NCBI GenBank assembly: GCA_011388275.1
Contig: DSAB01000070.1
Span: 29 to 64,028, forward strand
Length of the DNA: 64,000 nucleotides
Direction: 5' to 3'
From: a bacterium
GTDB taxonomy: Bacteria > Zhuqueibacterota > QNDG01 > DSAB01
Program-made: the position numbers and the translations under genes
Shown: positions 1-10,311 of the stretch, piece after piece
Layout of the letters: each line of letters begins with the position of its first letter
Position numbering within the stretch: position 1 is the stretch's first letter
Notes under the pieces: generated by a model
What the model saw: only the letters and a program-made list of their open reading frames with translations
Database searches by the model: none
What the model was told of the DNA's origin: nothing

Positions 1-821
1 TGGACCCGAATACCCGGCTGATCAAAGCCGATCGTGGAACTCTCGAACAGGTTGTCATGAATCTCTGCATCAACGCCAGGGATGCCATGCCGAACGGAGG
101 GAATCTTTATATAAAGACAGAGAGTCTGACACCAGACAAGGACGAGCTCGACCGGGTTCCCGGTGCCGAGCCCGGAGAGTATGTGCGCCTGACGGTCAGG
201 GATACCGGTGTGGGGATGAGCGATGAAGTCATTAAACAGATATATGATCCATTCTTTACGACGAAAAAAGCGGGCAAGGGAACGGGATTGGGGCTCAGCG
301 TTGTCTACGGGATAGTCAAGCAGCACAAGGGGTGGATTCATGTGACCAGTCAGGTCGGCAAAGGATCCGTCTTTCAAATCTGTTTGCCGGTTCCGAGCAG
401 TGAGACCAACAGGGAGATCAGCATGAATTTGGAGAAAGCGGGGACTCAAACAAATAATCAGCGCATCCTCTTTATTGAGGATGAAGAGAAGATTCGGCAG
501 TTCACGGCAAGAGGGTTGACTCAAAAGGGGTTCAAGGTCTTTTGCGCGGCCACGGCCCGTGAAGCCGAGGATCTTTTCGATAGCCATGACGGTGATTTTG
601 AAATGGTGGTCAGCGATGTGGTCCTGCCCGATCAGAACGGCGTGGAACTGGTGGAGAAATTCCTGAAAATCCGGCCGGAGCTGAAGGTTCTCCTGAGCAG
701 CGGATACACGGATCATAAATCCATGTGGCCGGCCATACAGGAGAAAGGGTACAACTATCTGGTCAAACCCTACACACTCATGGATTTGATCAACGCGATC
801 AACGGGGCCATTCATGCCTGA
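1..821 (+). CDS. Hybrid sensor histidine kinase, C-terminal part (HATPase_c + receiver). The 5' end lies outside the window; the frame is open from nt 3.
   Basis: Translation from nt 3 reads DPNTRLIKADRGTLEQVVMNLCINARDAMP, which aligns with the N-box/HATPase region of the downstream kinase (VIMNLAVNARDAMP). G-boxes DTGVGM and GKGTGLGLSVVYG are present. A receiver domain follows (ILFIEDEE ... VVSDVVLPDQNG ... LVKPY). Stop codon at 819-821. Confidence 0.8.
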   Translation, partial: DPNTRLIKADRGTLEQVVMNLCINARDAMPNGGNLYIKTESLTPDKDELDRVPGAEPGEYVRLTVRDTGVGMSDEVIKQIYDPFFTTKKAGKGTGLGLSVVYGIVKQHKGWIHVTSQVGKGSVFQICLPVPSSETNREISMNLEKAGTQTNNQRILFIEDEEKIRQFTARGLTQKGFKVFCAATAREAEDLFDSHDGDFEMVVSDVVLPDQNGVELVEKFLKIRPELKVLLSSGYTDHKSMWPAIQEKGYNYLVKPYTLMDLINAINGAIHA

Positions 822-887
822 GACTCGGCGGAGAAACGCGATTCGTGTGCCGCGGGTTTGCTTGAATGCCGATTAACGAAAAGAGGA

Positions 888-3800
888 ATGATGCCGGGAA
901 TTTATTTTCAGAAAGAAACGAACAGACATTACCGAATGCTGTTCATCGGAGCGGGATTCAGCGCCGTGTACTGGTGTCTGGAATCGTTCCGGGACGCGTT
1001 TGTTTTTCACCGGGGACCTTTTTTGCAGCGTCTGGTCGCTCCGGATCTGACCGGATTCTGGATGCGAATTCTGGTGGTGTGCGTTATCATGCTGTTCAGC
1101 GCCAGGACCCAGATCATGAGCCGGTCCACCGAAGAGCAGCCGGGACGGCGGCGTGGCCCGTTCGGCGTCATTCTGATCGGTTTCTGTTTCAGCGGCTTGT
1201 ACTGGATTCTGGAGGCGTTCAGGGATTCGTTTGTATTTGAAAGGACGCCCTTTTTCAAGTCGCTCCTGCAGCCGGATCCCATGGGACTGTGGATGCGAAT
1301 GCTGGCTGTTTGTATCATTGTTCTGTTCAGCATTTACGCGCAGTCTCTCATCAATGCCCGAAAACGCGCGGAAATCCGGCTTCTCGAAGAACAGGCGGAG
1401 CTGGAAAAAGTGGTGCGGCAGCGGACTCTCGAATCGGCCCGTTCCCTGGATCAGCTGGTGGTCGAGATCGAAGAGCGTAAACAGGCTGAAGTCGAATTGA
1501 GACGGTCCAACCGGGCGTTGAAAACACTGAGTGAGGGAAACAAGGCCCTGGTCAGAGCCACCAGCGAAGCGGATCTGCTTCGGAATGTATGCCGGATTTG
1601 CATCGAGCCCGGTGAATATGCCTTCGCCTGGGTGGGTTGGTGCCTTGAAGAGCAGGGACTCATCGAACCGGCGGCCTGGGCCGGTGACGTGCCGGATCTG
1701 GTTGGCTCCCGTCCCCTTTCGTGGCTGTCTGGTTCGGCAAAGGAGATTGAAAACCCGAATCTGTCCGCTGAAACCCGCGTCTTTCACTACGGTGAATCCG
1801 AAAAGGATGCTCCCGATTTTGAAACAGCCGGCGCGGCAGGGATACAGTCGATGTGTTTGCTGCCGCTGTCGGGAGAAGAAGGCGTATTCGGCGTTCTGGC
1901 CATTTACAGCCGGTCCGACACCGCTTTCAATGGAGAGGATATCGATCTGCTGGAAGAGATGGCGCATGATCTGGCTTTTGGTATCGGCGTGCTGCGCAAC
2001 AGAGAAGAACAGAAACGAATCAAGGAAGAACTGCAGAACAGCGAAGAGAAGTACCGCACGTTGACGGAAAACATCAACGCCGGTATTTTCCGCACAACAG
2101 TGGATCCGGATGGGACCTTTCTGGAAGCCAATGCGTACCTGGCGGATATGCTGGGATATCCCGACAAGAATGCCCTGATGCAAATGAAAGTGAAAGAGCT
2201 CTATCAGTCTTCCGAAGACCGCCAAAAACTGATTGATAAACTCCGGGCAAATGGATTTGTCAAGGATGAAGTGATCCGGCTGAAAAAGCGGGATTCCACC
2301 CCCATATACGCGTCGGTTACCGTGGTTATGGTTCGCGACGGGAAGAAGGAGACGACCTATCTGGACGGCTTTCTGGAGGATATTACGGAACGCCGTCAGG
2401 CCATGGAGGCTTTGCGCGAGAGTGAAGAACGGTACCGGACCATCGCGGAGAATACGACGGATGTGATCTGGATGATGAATATGGACATGTCTCTGGTCTA
2501 CGTCAGTCCGTCGATCAAGCAGCAGCTCGGCTATGATGTCGAAGAGATCCTGACGCTTCCGCTTCATCGGTTTCTGGCTCCCAGATCTTTACAGACCGTT
2601 CAAAGGATGATTGCTAAAATCCGTCATGAAACCTGTACCGGCTCTCAGGGTGAATCTCTGTCCAGAACCCTTGAACTGCAAATGGCCAGAAAGGATGGAT
2701 CCTCGGTTTTGGTGGAATTTATGGGGACACTGGTTCGCGATTCGGAAGGCAATCTCACGGGAATTCACGGCATCAGCCGGGATATTACCGAGCGGAAACA
2801 GATGCAGACGGAGATCGATCAGCGAAAGAAATATCTGGAGTTTGTGCTGAACGAAACACCCGATGCAATCATCACTCTGAACGCGCAGCGTCATATTGTC
2901 GAATGGAACCGGGGTGCGGAGAAATTATTCAAGTATGCCCGGCATGAAGTGCTGGGAAGGGACCTGGATGACCTGATCTGCCGGGGCGAAATGCGGAAGG
3001 AAGCAACCCGATTGACCCAAATGGTCTTAAGGGGCGAGAAAGTTCCGAAACTGGAGACAGTACGGTATCGTAAAAACGGTTCTCCCGTGCATGTAATGGC
3101 GGCCGCTTCACCCCTTCGGTTCAGCGGCGTCCTGCACGGCATTGTGGCCGTGTATACGGATATTTCGGAACGAAAACGGGCGGAAGAAGAGCTGAAACGA
3201 TTGAATCAATCCCTGAAAACATTGAGCGAGATCAATATATCACTGGTTCGGGATACCGATGAAAAAATACTCCTGGAAGATGTCTGTCACATTCTCGTCA
3301 ATGTGGGAGGCTATGAGGCTGCGTGGGTGGGATACCGGGATCCGGAAAATGAAGAGAGAATCAAGTCCCAGGCCCTGTTTGCCGGGAATCTGGGTTCTTT
3401 TGATCCGGCATTGGTCCGGTGGGAATCGGTGAACGTAAAAGATGATCCTGTTGGAAAAGCCCTTCGAACCGGAGGATTGTCCATCATCAGAGGATCTATC
3501 GCAGAGCCTGTCTCTCTTTTCGACAAAGGCCGCATGAGATCGGGTATCTGTCTTCCTCTGAAAGAAAAAAGCCGGGTTTTCGGTGTTTTGCAAATCATCT
3601 CATCCGACATGGAAGCTTTTGACAGTCAGGAGGTCAGCCTTCTTCAGGAGATGGCCAATGATTTGGCGTTTGGCATTGACGTGCTGCGTTCGAGACGGAT
3701 TCATGAACAGGCTGAAAAGGAGAAGAAACGCATGCATGCTCAGCTGCTGCAGGCCCAGAAAATGGAAGCCGTGGGTATTCTTGCAGGCGGCATCGCTCAT

Positions 3801-4880
3801 GATTTTAACAATCTGCTGACGGCTATTCTGGGTTGTGCGGATATGGCGATGATGGAGCTGACCAAAGATCACACTGTTTACGCCGATTTAAAGGAGATTG
3901 TGCATGCATCCAAACGGGCGGCGGAGTTGACCCGGCAATTGCTGCTGTTCAGCCGCAAACAGCCCATGCAGTACGAAAATGTGGATTTAAACGGCACAAT
4001 CAGGAATCTGATAAAGATGCTTCAGCGGCTGATCGGTGAAGACATCACGATTCAAACGTTGCTGGATGATGATCTGAGCCTCATCAGGGCCGATGCGGGG
4101 ACCGTTGAACAGGTTATCATGAATCTGGCTGTGAATGCCAGGGATGCCATGCCTCAGGGTGGTCGCCTGGAGGTGAGTACGAACAATGTCCGGTTGACTG
4201 CGAAAAAATGCCGGGATCACAGTGAAGCCCGACCCGGAAAATTTGTTTGCCTTTCTGTTCGTGATTCGGGTATGGGCATGTCATCCGATGTCATCCAGCA
4301 CATATTCGAGCCATTTTTCAGTACCAAGGGTGTCGGCAAGGGAACGGGTCTGGGCTTGTCGGTTGTGTATGGAATCATCAAACAGCATAACGGATGGATC
4401 GATGTTCAAAGCCGGTTGAATGAAGGATCGCAGTTTGAGATTTATTTTCCCGCTGTTTCGGAGAAGAAGGATAAAAGAATGAAAAAAACCCCTGTTCAGG
4501 AGAAGAAAACAATTGCCGGAAAACGTATTCTTTTGATTGAAGACGAAGAGAGGGTGCGTGAATTTGCTATCAGCGGGTTGGGCCGAAGCGGATTTGAAGT
4601 TTTTGCCGCATCCAACGCCCGGGAAGCCAGACAAATATTTCAGAACGAAAACGGGGATTTTCATCTGATTCTGAGCGATGTGGTTCTGCCTGACTGCAAC
4701 GGCCTGGAGCTGGTTGATGATTTTTTGGCTCAGAATCCCGATCTGGCCGTTCTGCTCAGCAGCGGGTATACGGATTACCAGGCCCGGTGGCCGAGTATTG
4801 AAGAAAGGGGCTTTCGTTTTTTGGAAAAACCCTATGTTTTGGCAGATTTATTGCATGTTATTCGGGATATGGCCGCTTAG
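888..4880 (+). CDS. Multi-sensor hybrid histidine kinase. Domain order: 2x tandem two-helix membrane module, GAF, several PAS, GAF, HisKA, HATPase_c, REC.
   Basis: A 1340-aa ORF. The N-terminus carries two paralogous hydrophobic units (FSAVYWCLESFRDAFVF...PDLTGFWMRILVVCVIMLFS and FSGLYWILEAFRDSFVF...PDPMGLWMRMLAVCIIVLFSIYAQ). PAS/GAF-like blocks and coiled-coil linkers follow. H-box HDFNNLLTAILG; N/G boxes NLAVNARDAMP, DSGMGM, GKGTGLGLSVVYG. C-terminal receiver LLIEDEE...LSDVVLPDCNG...LEKPY. The start is ambiguous (TTG at 858, ATG at 888/891 after AAGAGGA, ATG at 936). Confidence 0.85.
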   Translation: MMPGIYFQKETNRHYRMLFIGAGFSAVYWCLESFRDAFVFHRGPFLQRLVAPDLTGFWMRILVVCVIMLFSARTQIMSRSTEEQPGRRRGPFGVILIGFCFSGLYWILEAFRDSFVFERTPFFKSLLQPDPMGLWMRMLAVCIIVLFSIYAQSLINARKRAEIRLLEEQAELEKVVRQRTLESARSLDQLVVEIEERKQAEVELRRSNRALKTLSEGNKALVRATSEADLLRNVCRICIEPGEYAFAWVGWCLEEQGLIEPAAWAGDVPDLVGSRPLSWLSGSAKEIENPNLSAETRVFHYGESEKDAPDFETAGAAGIQSMCLLPLSGEEGVFGVLAIYSRSDTAFNGEDIDLLEEMAHDLAFGIGVLRNREEQKRIKEELQNSEEKYRTLTENINAGIFRTTVDPDGTFLEANAYLADMLGYPDKNALMQMKVKELYQSSEDRQKLIDKLRANGFVKDEVIRLKKRDSTPIYASVTVVMVRDGKKETTYLDGFLEDITERRQAMEALRESEERYRTIAENTTDVIWMMNMDMSLVYVSPSIKQQLGYDVEEILTLPLHRFLAPRSLQTVQRMIAKIRHETCTGSQGESLSRTLELQMARKDGSSVLVEFMGTLVRDSEGNLTGIHGISRDITERKQMQTEIDQRKKYLEFVLNETPDAIITLNAQRHIVEWNRGAEKLFKYARHEVLGRDLDDLICRGEMRKEATRLTQMVLRGEKVPKLETVRYRKNGSPVHVMAAASPLRFSGVLHGIVAVYTDISERKRAEEELKRLNQSLKTLSEINISLVRDTDEKILLEDVCHILVNVGGYEAAWVGYRDPENEERIKSQALFAGNLGSFDPALVRWESVNVKDDPVGKALRTGGLSIIRGSIAEPVSLFDKGRMRSGICLPLKEKSRVFGVLQIISSDMEAFDSQEVSLLQEMANDLAFGIDVLRSRRIHEQAEKEKKRMHAQLLQAQKMEAVGILAGGIAHDFNNLLTAILGCADMAMMELTKDHTVYADLKEIVHASKRAAELTRQLLLFSRKQPMQYENVDLNGTIRNLIKMLQRLIGEDITIQTLLDDDLSLIRADAGTVEQVIMNLAVNARDAMPQGGRLEVSTNNVRLTAKKCRDHSEARPGKFVCLSVRDSGMGMSSDVIQHIFEPFFSTKGVGKGTGLGLSVVYGIIKQHNGWIDVQSRLNEGSQFEIYFPAVSEKKDKRMKKTPVQEKKTIAGKRILLIEDEERVREFAISGLGRSGFEVFAASNAREARQIFQNENGDFHLILSDVVLPDCNGLELVDDFLAQNPDLAVLLSSGYTDYQARWPSIEERGFRFLEKPYVLADLLHVIRDMAA

Positions 4881-5027
4881 GGCGATCAATGGCTTTTTTA
4901 TTTCAACTTGAAACGGGAATTGTGTATTTGAACATCGAAGGAATTGCAGACGAAAGTGCATCGGCTTGAAGCCTGATTCAGGGGGGGCTTTCTGAGCGGA
5001 TCTTCTTTTGACTGCGGGAGAGCTCGA

Positions 5028-7019
5028 ATGTTTATCAATCGATTGAAAATCCGCGGCAAAATATTGGTCTTTATACTGGGGATCAATATTCTGGTTCTTC
5101 TGACCATTTTCTCCATTTTTTATCGTTTTTCGAAGAACATTCTCGTTCATGAACTTCAGCAGAAAGCTTCCGAGAAAGTAATCGGTGTGTCGCGTACCAT
5201 TGAAGGATATTTTCTCGAAAAGGGAAAGATCGCCTGGACCTTCAGCCGGAATCCCTATCTGAAACGATGGCTTAAAACCGGTGCGGTCAGAGGGGCCGAT
5301 TATTCCCGCGATCCCGTGTACCAGGATATTATCGCGCATTTCAGGACGATTGTCGCCGGAGATCCGGAAATCTATTCGGCTGCCGTGGCCAGTGAGAAGT
5401 CGCAGGAATATTTTGACAATGAAGAACAGGTTCTTCCCGACACATATTATGTGGGGCAGAGACCCTGGTACATTGCGGCTATTGCGAAGGAAAGCCCGTC
5501 CTGGGACATTGATGTCAGTTATACGGATCAAAAGGCCTATCTGAATTACAGGCATCCCATCTATGATGATGAGGGCAGGGTTTTGGGGGCCGGATGTATC
5601 GATATCAGTCTGGAAAATCTGAGTTCCTTTATGGAGAATCTCGACATCTTTTCAACCGGTGTCCCTATATTGATCGGGCAGGATGGAACGATCCTTTACC
5701 ATCCCGACACCTCATATGTATTCAAGAAGAAAATATTCGATATTCAGGACGATGGAAAGCAGTACAGAAACCTCGATCAGGTTTTCAGGCGTATTCATGA
5801 GAAAGAAACCGGCGCGGACAATGTGATTTTCGAAGGAAAGCGAAGGATTTTCCTAACCGCGCCTCTTCCACAGTTGGGATGGACCGTTCTGCTCAGTGTT
5901 TCCGCAAGAGAAATGACCTTACCCTTGAGCCGTCTGACCCTTATCACATTGGTTGTGATCGCGGTAGCCATGGCCTTGTTAACCGTTTCTGTCCTGTTCA
6001 TATCGGGAATCATTACCAGACCTCTGGCCCGGGTGGTGAACATGCTGCGCAATATCGCGGAAGGAGACGGTGATCTGGTCAGCCGAATCCATGTTGACAC
6101 AAAGGACGAGACAGGAGATGTGGCTCACTGGTTCAATGTCTTTGTAGAGAAGATGTATGAAATTGTGTCCCAGGTCAGGAAGAATGCCGGACAGCTGGCC
6201 GTTGGAACCGGAGAGGTCAGCGCAGCCGCCGTGCAGCTTGCGGCCGCCTCGGAAGAACAGAGTACCCAGGCCGGTGAAGTGGCGGCCAGCGTGCAGGAAG
6301 TGGCCGCCGCCATTGTGCTCAACTCCCAGAACGCGAATCAAACTGCAGGGCTGGCCCAAAAAGCCAACGAGAAGGCTCTGCAGGGTGAAGAGGTCATGCA
6401 GGCGTCTCTCAGTCAGATGGAGGAGATTGTCGGGCGCGTGGGACAGGCTGAGTCCATCGTCAATTCACTGTTCCGGCGAATGGACAAGATCAGGGAAGTG
6501 GTCTGGACGATTAATGACATTACCGCGCAGACCAAGGTTTTGGCATTGAATGCGTCTATCGAAGCGGCCAATGCCGGAGAACAGGGCAAGGGATTTGCGG
6601 TTGTGGCCGAAGAGGTGCGCAGTCTGGCAGGCAGAACCAGTGAAGCCACCAAGGAGATCAGCCAGACCATGAAATCCATCCATGAAGACGCGGAAAAGGC
6701 TTTTGAATCCATGACTTCAGTCAAGACGGCGGTATCGGAGGGCAGGCAGAATACAGAGCAGTCCGGAGCCGCCTTTGAGGAGATCGTTCAGGCGGTTTCA
6801 GAAGCCATGTCCATGATTCAGCAGATCGCTTCGGTCTCCGAAGAGCAGAGCACCGGAGCGGAAGAGATCGCGAGAGCCGTGTCAGCCATCAGCGATATCA
6901 CCGGACAATCCGCAGAGGGGGTGGAACAGATGGCCGCGGCGGCCCAGCATCTGAAAGAGCAGACCGAAGAGCTGAATCAGCTGGTGCGGCAATTCACTCT
7001 GGATGAATCGTGTTCCTGA
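5028..7019 (+). CDS. Methyl-accepting chemotaxis protein with a periplasmic double-Cache (dCache_1-like) sensor, HAMP and MCP signalling domain.
   Basis: TM1 [17 protein letters not shown], then a ~270-aa periplasmic region with Cache-like blocks, then TM2 [25 protein letters not shown] follows. The highly conserved MCP signature [31 protein letters not shown] is present. Confidence 0.85.
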   Translation: MFINRLKIRGKILVFILGINILVLLTIFSIFYRFSKNILVHELQQKASEKVIGVSRTIEGYFLEKGKIAWTFSRNPYLKRWLKTGAVRGADYSRDPVYQDIIAHFRTIVAGDPEIYSAAVASEKSQEYFDNEEQVLPDTYYVGQRPWYIAAIAKESPSWDIDVSYTDQKAYLNYRHPIYDDEGRVLGAGCIDISLENLSSFMENLDIFSTGVPILIGQDGTILYHPDTSYVFKKKIFDIQDDGKQYRNLDQVFRRIHEKETGADNVIFEGKRRIFLTAPLPQLGWTVLLSVSAREMTLPLSRLTLITLVVIAVAMALLTVSVLFISGIITRPLARVVNMLRNIAEGDGDLVSRIHVDTKDETGDVAHWFNVFVEKMYEIVSQVRKNAGQLAVGTGEVSAAAVQLAAASEEQSTQAGEVAASVQEVAAAIVLNSQNANQTAGLAQKANEKALQGEEVMQASLSQMEEIVGRVGQAESIVNSLFRRMDKIREVVWTINDITAQTKVLALNASIEAANAGEQGKGFAVVAEEVRSLAGRTSEATKEISQTMKSIHEDAEKAFESMTSVKTAVSEGRQNTEQSGAAFEEIVQAVSEAMSMIQQIASVSEEQSTGAEEIARAVSAISDITGQSAEGVEQMAAAAQHLKEQTEELNQLVRQFTLDESCS

Positions 7020-7107
7020 GAACATTGAACCGAACCGGGTAAGATTCTGCCGTAATAATTAGGAAGAGGAAACACTAAACAAATCGAACAAAATGATGGA
7101 GATATTG

Positions 7108-7677
7108 ATGAAGAAGGAACTTTGTCTTATACTTTTCGTCATGGCCTGTCTGCCCATTCGTGAGGGATTTTCCGCTGAACCGGCGCCTCCCGCTCTGGTC
7201 CAGTACGCGCGTCAGAATCTGGCACAGCTGGGTCGCAGTCCGGTCATTGTCAAAGAAGTCAGCAACCAAAACAGCCGGAATCTCAATATGGATGAGGTTA
7301 AAAGAAACGATGATCGCTGGAGGTCCACACGCGGGATCGCGGAGTTTATGCGGCCTCTTATGAACTCCCAATGTGCCGGATATTTAAGGGCCATCCAGAA
7401 GAGTAAAAAGTATTTTATGGATATCACCGTCGTGGATTCCCGGGGAGTCAGTGTGGCCATGAGCGAAAAGACTCGTGAATACTGGCATCGTGACAGGGAA
7501 TTCTTCACGCAGGTCATGAATGGGGCGGAAGGATCGCTGTTCGTGGGCGATATGGAATTTGATACCAGCCTGCAGATCTATATGGTTCATGTCGGAGTGC
7601 CCGTCTATGAAGGGGATCGGGTAATCGGGGCGATCTCGATCGGTATTGATGTGGATCAATTTGAGAAAACGCTGTAA
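7108..7677 (+). CDS. Secreted/periplasmic single Cache/PAS-like sensor-domain protein with no transmitter domain.
   Basis: Signal peptide MKKELCLILFVMACLPIREGFSAEP. A ~165-aa domain with Cache-like motifs (ITVVDSRGVSVAMS...YWHRDREFF...GVPVYEGDRVIGAISIGIDVDQF). Lies between the two MCP genes. RBS GGAGAT sits 5 nt before the ATG at 7108; alternative ATGs at 7093/7096. Confidence 0.5.
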   Translation: MKKELCLILFVMACLPIREGFSAEPAPPALVQYARQNLAQLGRSPVIVKEVSNQNSRNLNMDEVKRNDDRWRSTRGIAEFMRPLMNSQCAGYLRAIQKSKKYFMDITVVDSRGVSVAMSEKTREYWHRDREFFTQVMNGAEGSLFVGDMEFDTSLQIYMVHVGVPVYEGDRVIGAISIGIDVDQFEKTL

Positions 7678-7751
7678 CTGCGAATCCTTCGGATGAGTCA
7701 ATGGCTTGTTGATTTTAAAATTACCAGCCTGTTCCAAGAAAGGAAATCATC

Positions 7752-9422
7752 ATGCTGCAATGGTTTCGGGATTTGAAAATTACTCACAAACTGATCATCG
7801 GATTTTCGAGCATGCTGGTCATTATGATTGTAGTCGGAATCAGCGGTTTTATCGGAATGGGCCGGACTCAGGGACACTTGACTGAAATCTATTTACAGCG
7901 TCTGCCCAGTCTTGATTATATACTGCAGGCGGATCGCGACCTGTATCAGCTGATTGTGGCGGAGCGGTCCATGATTTTCGCCGACGTGCGGTCCGATGTG
8001 TTTCAGCAGTTTATAGCTGATTATGAAGAAAATATGGCCCAGTCCGCCGAACGGTGGGAAAAATACAAGGAGTTGAACCATACAGAGGCCGAACTTCCGC
8101 TGATCGAGAAATTCGACAGGATTCGTGCCGTGTGGGAAGTCATTTCGCGCCGGATCGTAGAAGCTCGAAGTGAAGACACACGGCATGGTCGGCAGCTGGC
8201 CATTGATCTCAGCCTGAGTGAAGGGCATGATCAGTTTAATGAGATGCGGGAATGCCTGAACCAATTGACGGAAATCATCGTCGAGCAGGCGGGAATCGAA
8301 AATCTCGAAGCCAGGCGTGATTACCGCAATACGGTCATTATCGTGAGTCTTGTTCTCCTTTCCGGTGTTTTAGTGGGGTTTGTGCTTATGCGGGTTATCG
8401 GTGCGAGCGTGACCCGTCCGGTGCGGAAGGTTGTGGACATGCTTCATGATATCGCCCAGGGGCAGGGAGACCTGACCCGGCGTATCGATGTGGAATCCCG
8501 GGATGAGATGGGTGAACTGGCCAAATGGTTCAACCTTTTTGTGGACAAGCTGCATGAGATCGTCCGGCAGCTCAAGATTGCTGCCAATGCGCTGGCCGCG
8601 GCTTCCGAAGAAATCAGTTCCACGGCCATTGAAATGGCCACCGGGGCCGAGGAACAGAATCAGCAGACCAGTGAAGTGGCCACCAGCGTGCAGGAAGTCG
8701 CCGCGGCCATTGTTCTCAATTCACAGAACGCGCATCAAACCACGGATATCGCCCGGTCGGCGACCTCACGCGCCAAGGCCGGCACGGACGCCATGCACGA
8801 CACCCAGCAGGGCATGGAAGCCATTGTACGCTCTGTGGTAGAAACACATAAAGTCATCAAAGCCCTGCTCGAACGCCTGGAACAAATCAGCGATGTGGTC
8901 TGGACCATCGATGATATTGCCGCGCAGACCAAGGTGCTGGCGCTCAACGCTTCCATTGAAGCGGCCAATGCCGGTGAAGAAGGCAAGGGGTTCGCCATTG
9001 TCGCCAATGAGGTTCGCCGTCTGGTACTTCGAACCACGGAAGCGACACAGAATATCGAAGATACCCTGACCGCCATTCAAAAAGAGATCCAGAAGAGTTC
9101 GGAATCCATGGACCGGGTCAATGAAGTGGTTTCACAGGGCAAGAAGGCGGTTGTGAGGGCGGAAGGGGTTTTTCAGGAAATACTGGAAAGCGTTTCGCAG
9201 GCCATGTCCATGATACAGCAGATTGCCACGGTATCGCAGGAGCAGAGTTCGGGAGCGGAGGAAATTTCCAGAAGTGTTTCAGCCATCAGTGCGGTCAGCC
9301 AGCAATCGGCCAACGGGGCCGATCAGCTGGCTGCCTCGGCCCGACAGCTTAATCTTCAGACCACCGAACTCCGTGCGCTGGTCAACGAGTTTACGATTGA
9401 AGCCCAGGCGCAGCCGGATTGA
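7752..9422 (+). CDS. Methyl-accepting chemotaxis protein with a four-helix-bundle periplasmic domain, HAMP and MCP signalling domain.
   Basis: TM1 [22 protein letters not shown], a ~170-aa helical periplasmic region, TM2 [19 protein letters not shown], then HAMP. The C-terminal signalling domain is near-identical to the MCP at 5028 ([87 protein letters not shown]). Confidence 0.85.
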   Translation: MLQWFRDLKITHKLIIGFSSMLVIMIVVGISGFIGMGRTQGHLTEIYLQRLPSLDYILQADRDLYQLIVAERSMIFADVRSDVFQQFIADYEENMAQSAERWEKYKELNHTEAELPLIEKFDRIRAVWEVISRRIVEARSEDTRHGRQLAIDLSLSEGHDQFNEMRECLNQLTEIIVEQAGIENLEARRDYRNTVIIVSLVLLSGVLVGFVLMRVIGASVTRPVRKVVDMLHDIAQGQGDLTRRIDVESRDEMGELAKWFNLFVDKLHEIVRQLKIAANALAAASEEISSTAIEMATGAEEQNQQTSEVATSVQEVAAAIVLNSQNAHQTTDIARSATSRAKAGTDAMHDTQQGMEAIVRSVVETHKVIKALLERLEQISDVVWTIDDIAAQTKVLALNASIEAANAGEEGKGFAIVANEVRRLVLRTTEATQNIEDTLTAIQKEIQKSSESMDRVNEVVSQGKKAVVRAEGVFQEILESVSQAMSMIQQIATVSQEQSSGAEEISRSVSAISAVSQQSANGADQLAASARQLNLQTTELRALVNEFTIEAQAQPD

Positions 9423-9460
9423 AGCGATTCGGAACAGCAGGACGACGGAGGCTTCGAAAA

Positions 9461-9491
9461 AGACCCGGGCTCTTTGTTTCTGGGTCTTTTA
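9461..9491. terminator. Hairpin plus U-run between convergent genes (the MCP on + and xth on -).
   Basis: gaaaaAGACCCgggctctttgtttctGGGTCTtttatt. An A-run upstream and a T-run downstream make it bidirectional-like. Confidence 0.5.
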
Positions 9492-10265
9492 TTCGACACG
9501 AAATTCCAGGGCCACGGGACAGTGATCGGATCCTGTCACCTCACGCAGGATCGAAGCGGATACAATCCGGTCCGCGGCATTTGCGCTGACCAGAAAGTAA
9601 TCGATTCGCCAGCCGATGTTGCGTTCACGGGCCCGTGTCTTGTAATCCCACCAGCTATATTGTACTTCGTCCGGATGCAGCAGCCGGAATGAATCGACAA
9701 ATCCGCTCTCAAGAAAACGGTCGATCCAGGCTCTTTCTATCGGAAGAAATCCCGAGACGGATTCATTCTCTTTGGGTCTGGCCAGATCGATTTCCCGGTG
9801 GGCCGTGTTGACGTCGCCGCAGACAATCACGGTTTGACCCTGAGCGGTCTTTTCGCGTACGTGATTCTGAAAGGCTTCGTAAAAATCCATCTTGTACTGA
9901 AGCCGGTCCTTTGACGCCTTGCCGTTGGGGAAATACACGCTGTACAGCCAGTAGCTTCCAAGATCGACAGCCGTCAGCCGCCCCTCCTCATCGAAACGGT
10001 CTATTCCCATTCCTTCGATCACCCGGCGCGGTTTGATGCGCGTATAGATCGCCGTTCCGCTGTATCCCCTGCGTGCGGCGGCTGAAAAGCAGGCAAAATA
10101 ATCCGAAGGCGAAACCAATTCAGGGTCGAGCTGATCGGGAGAAGCCTTGGTCTCCTGCAGGCACAGCGCATGCGGATCGGTTTTCCGGAACCAATCCATA
10201 AATCCCTTTTTATGGACGGCTCTGAGTCCGTTGACATTCCAGGATACCAATTGATGAGTGGGCAT
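9489..10265 (-). CDS. xth: Exodeoxyribonuclease III (AP endonuclease, Xth family).
   Basis: N-terminus MPTHQLVSWNVNGLRAVHKKGFMDWF...ALCLQETKA. C-terminal SDHCPV motif typical of ExoIII/APE1-family nucleases. 258 aa. Confidence 0.85.
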   Translation of the reverse strand: MPTHQLVSWNVNGLRAVHKKGFMDWFRKTDPHALCLQETKASPDQLDPELVSPSDYFACFSAAARRGYSGTAIYTRIKPRRVIEGMGIDRFDEEGRLTAVDLGSYWLYSVYFPNGKASKDRLQYKMDFYEAFQNHVREKTAQGQTVIVCGDVNTAHREIDLARPKENESVSGFLPIERAWIDRFLESGFVDSFRLLHPDEVQYSWWDYKTRARERNIGWRIDYFLVSANAADRIVSASILREVTGSDHCPVALEFRVE

Positions 10266-10311
10266 TCTTTCTCCTATGGCGGGTATTTGCGGCCTGAATA
10301 GGTCCGGGTCA

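Noticed and set aside
873-2567. 564-aa ORF on the minus strand, fully antisense to the 5' half of the large histidine kinase.
   Set aside because: High-GC genomes produce long spurious antisense ORFs. The translation is low-complexity (R/H/P-rich) with no motifs, and the sense-strand kinase is unambiguous.
4881-5027. Putative terminator after the large kinase (T-run GGCTTTTTTATTT).
   Set aside because: I could not identify a convincing GC-rich stem immediately upstream of the T-tract, so it was left unannotated.
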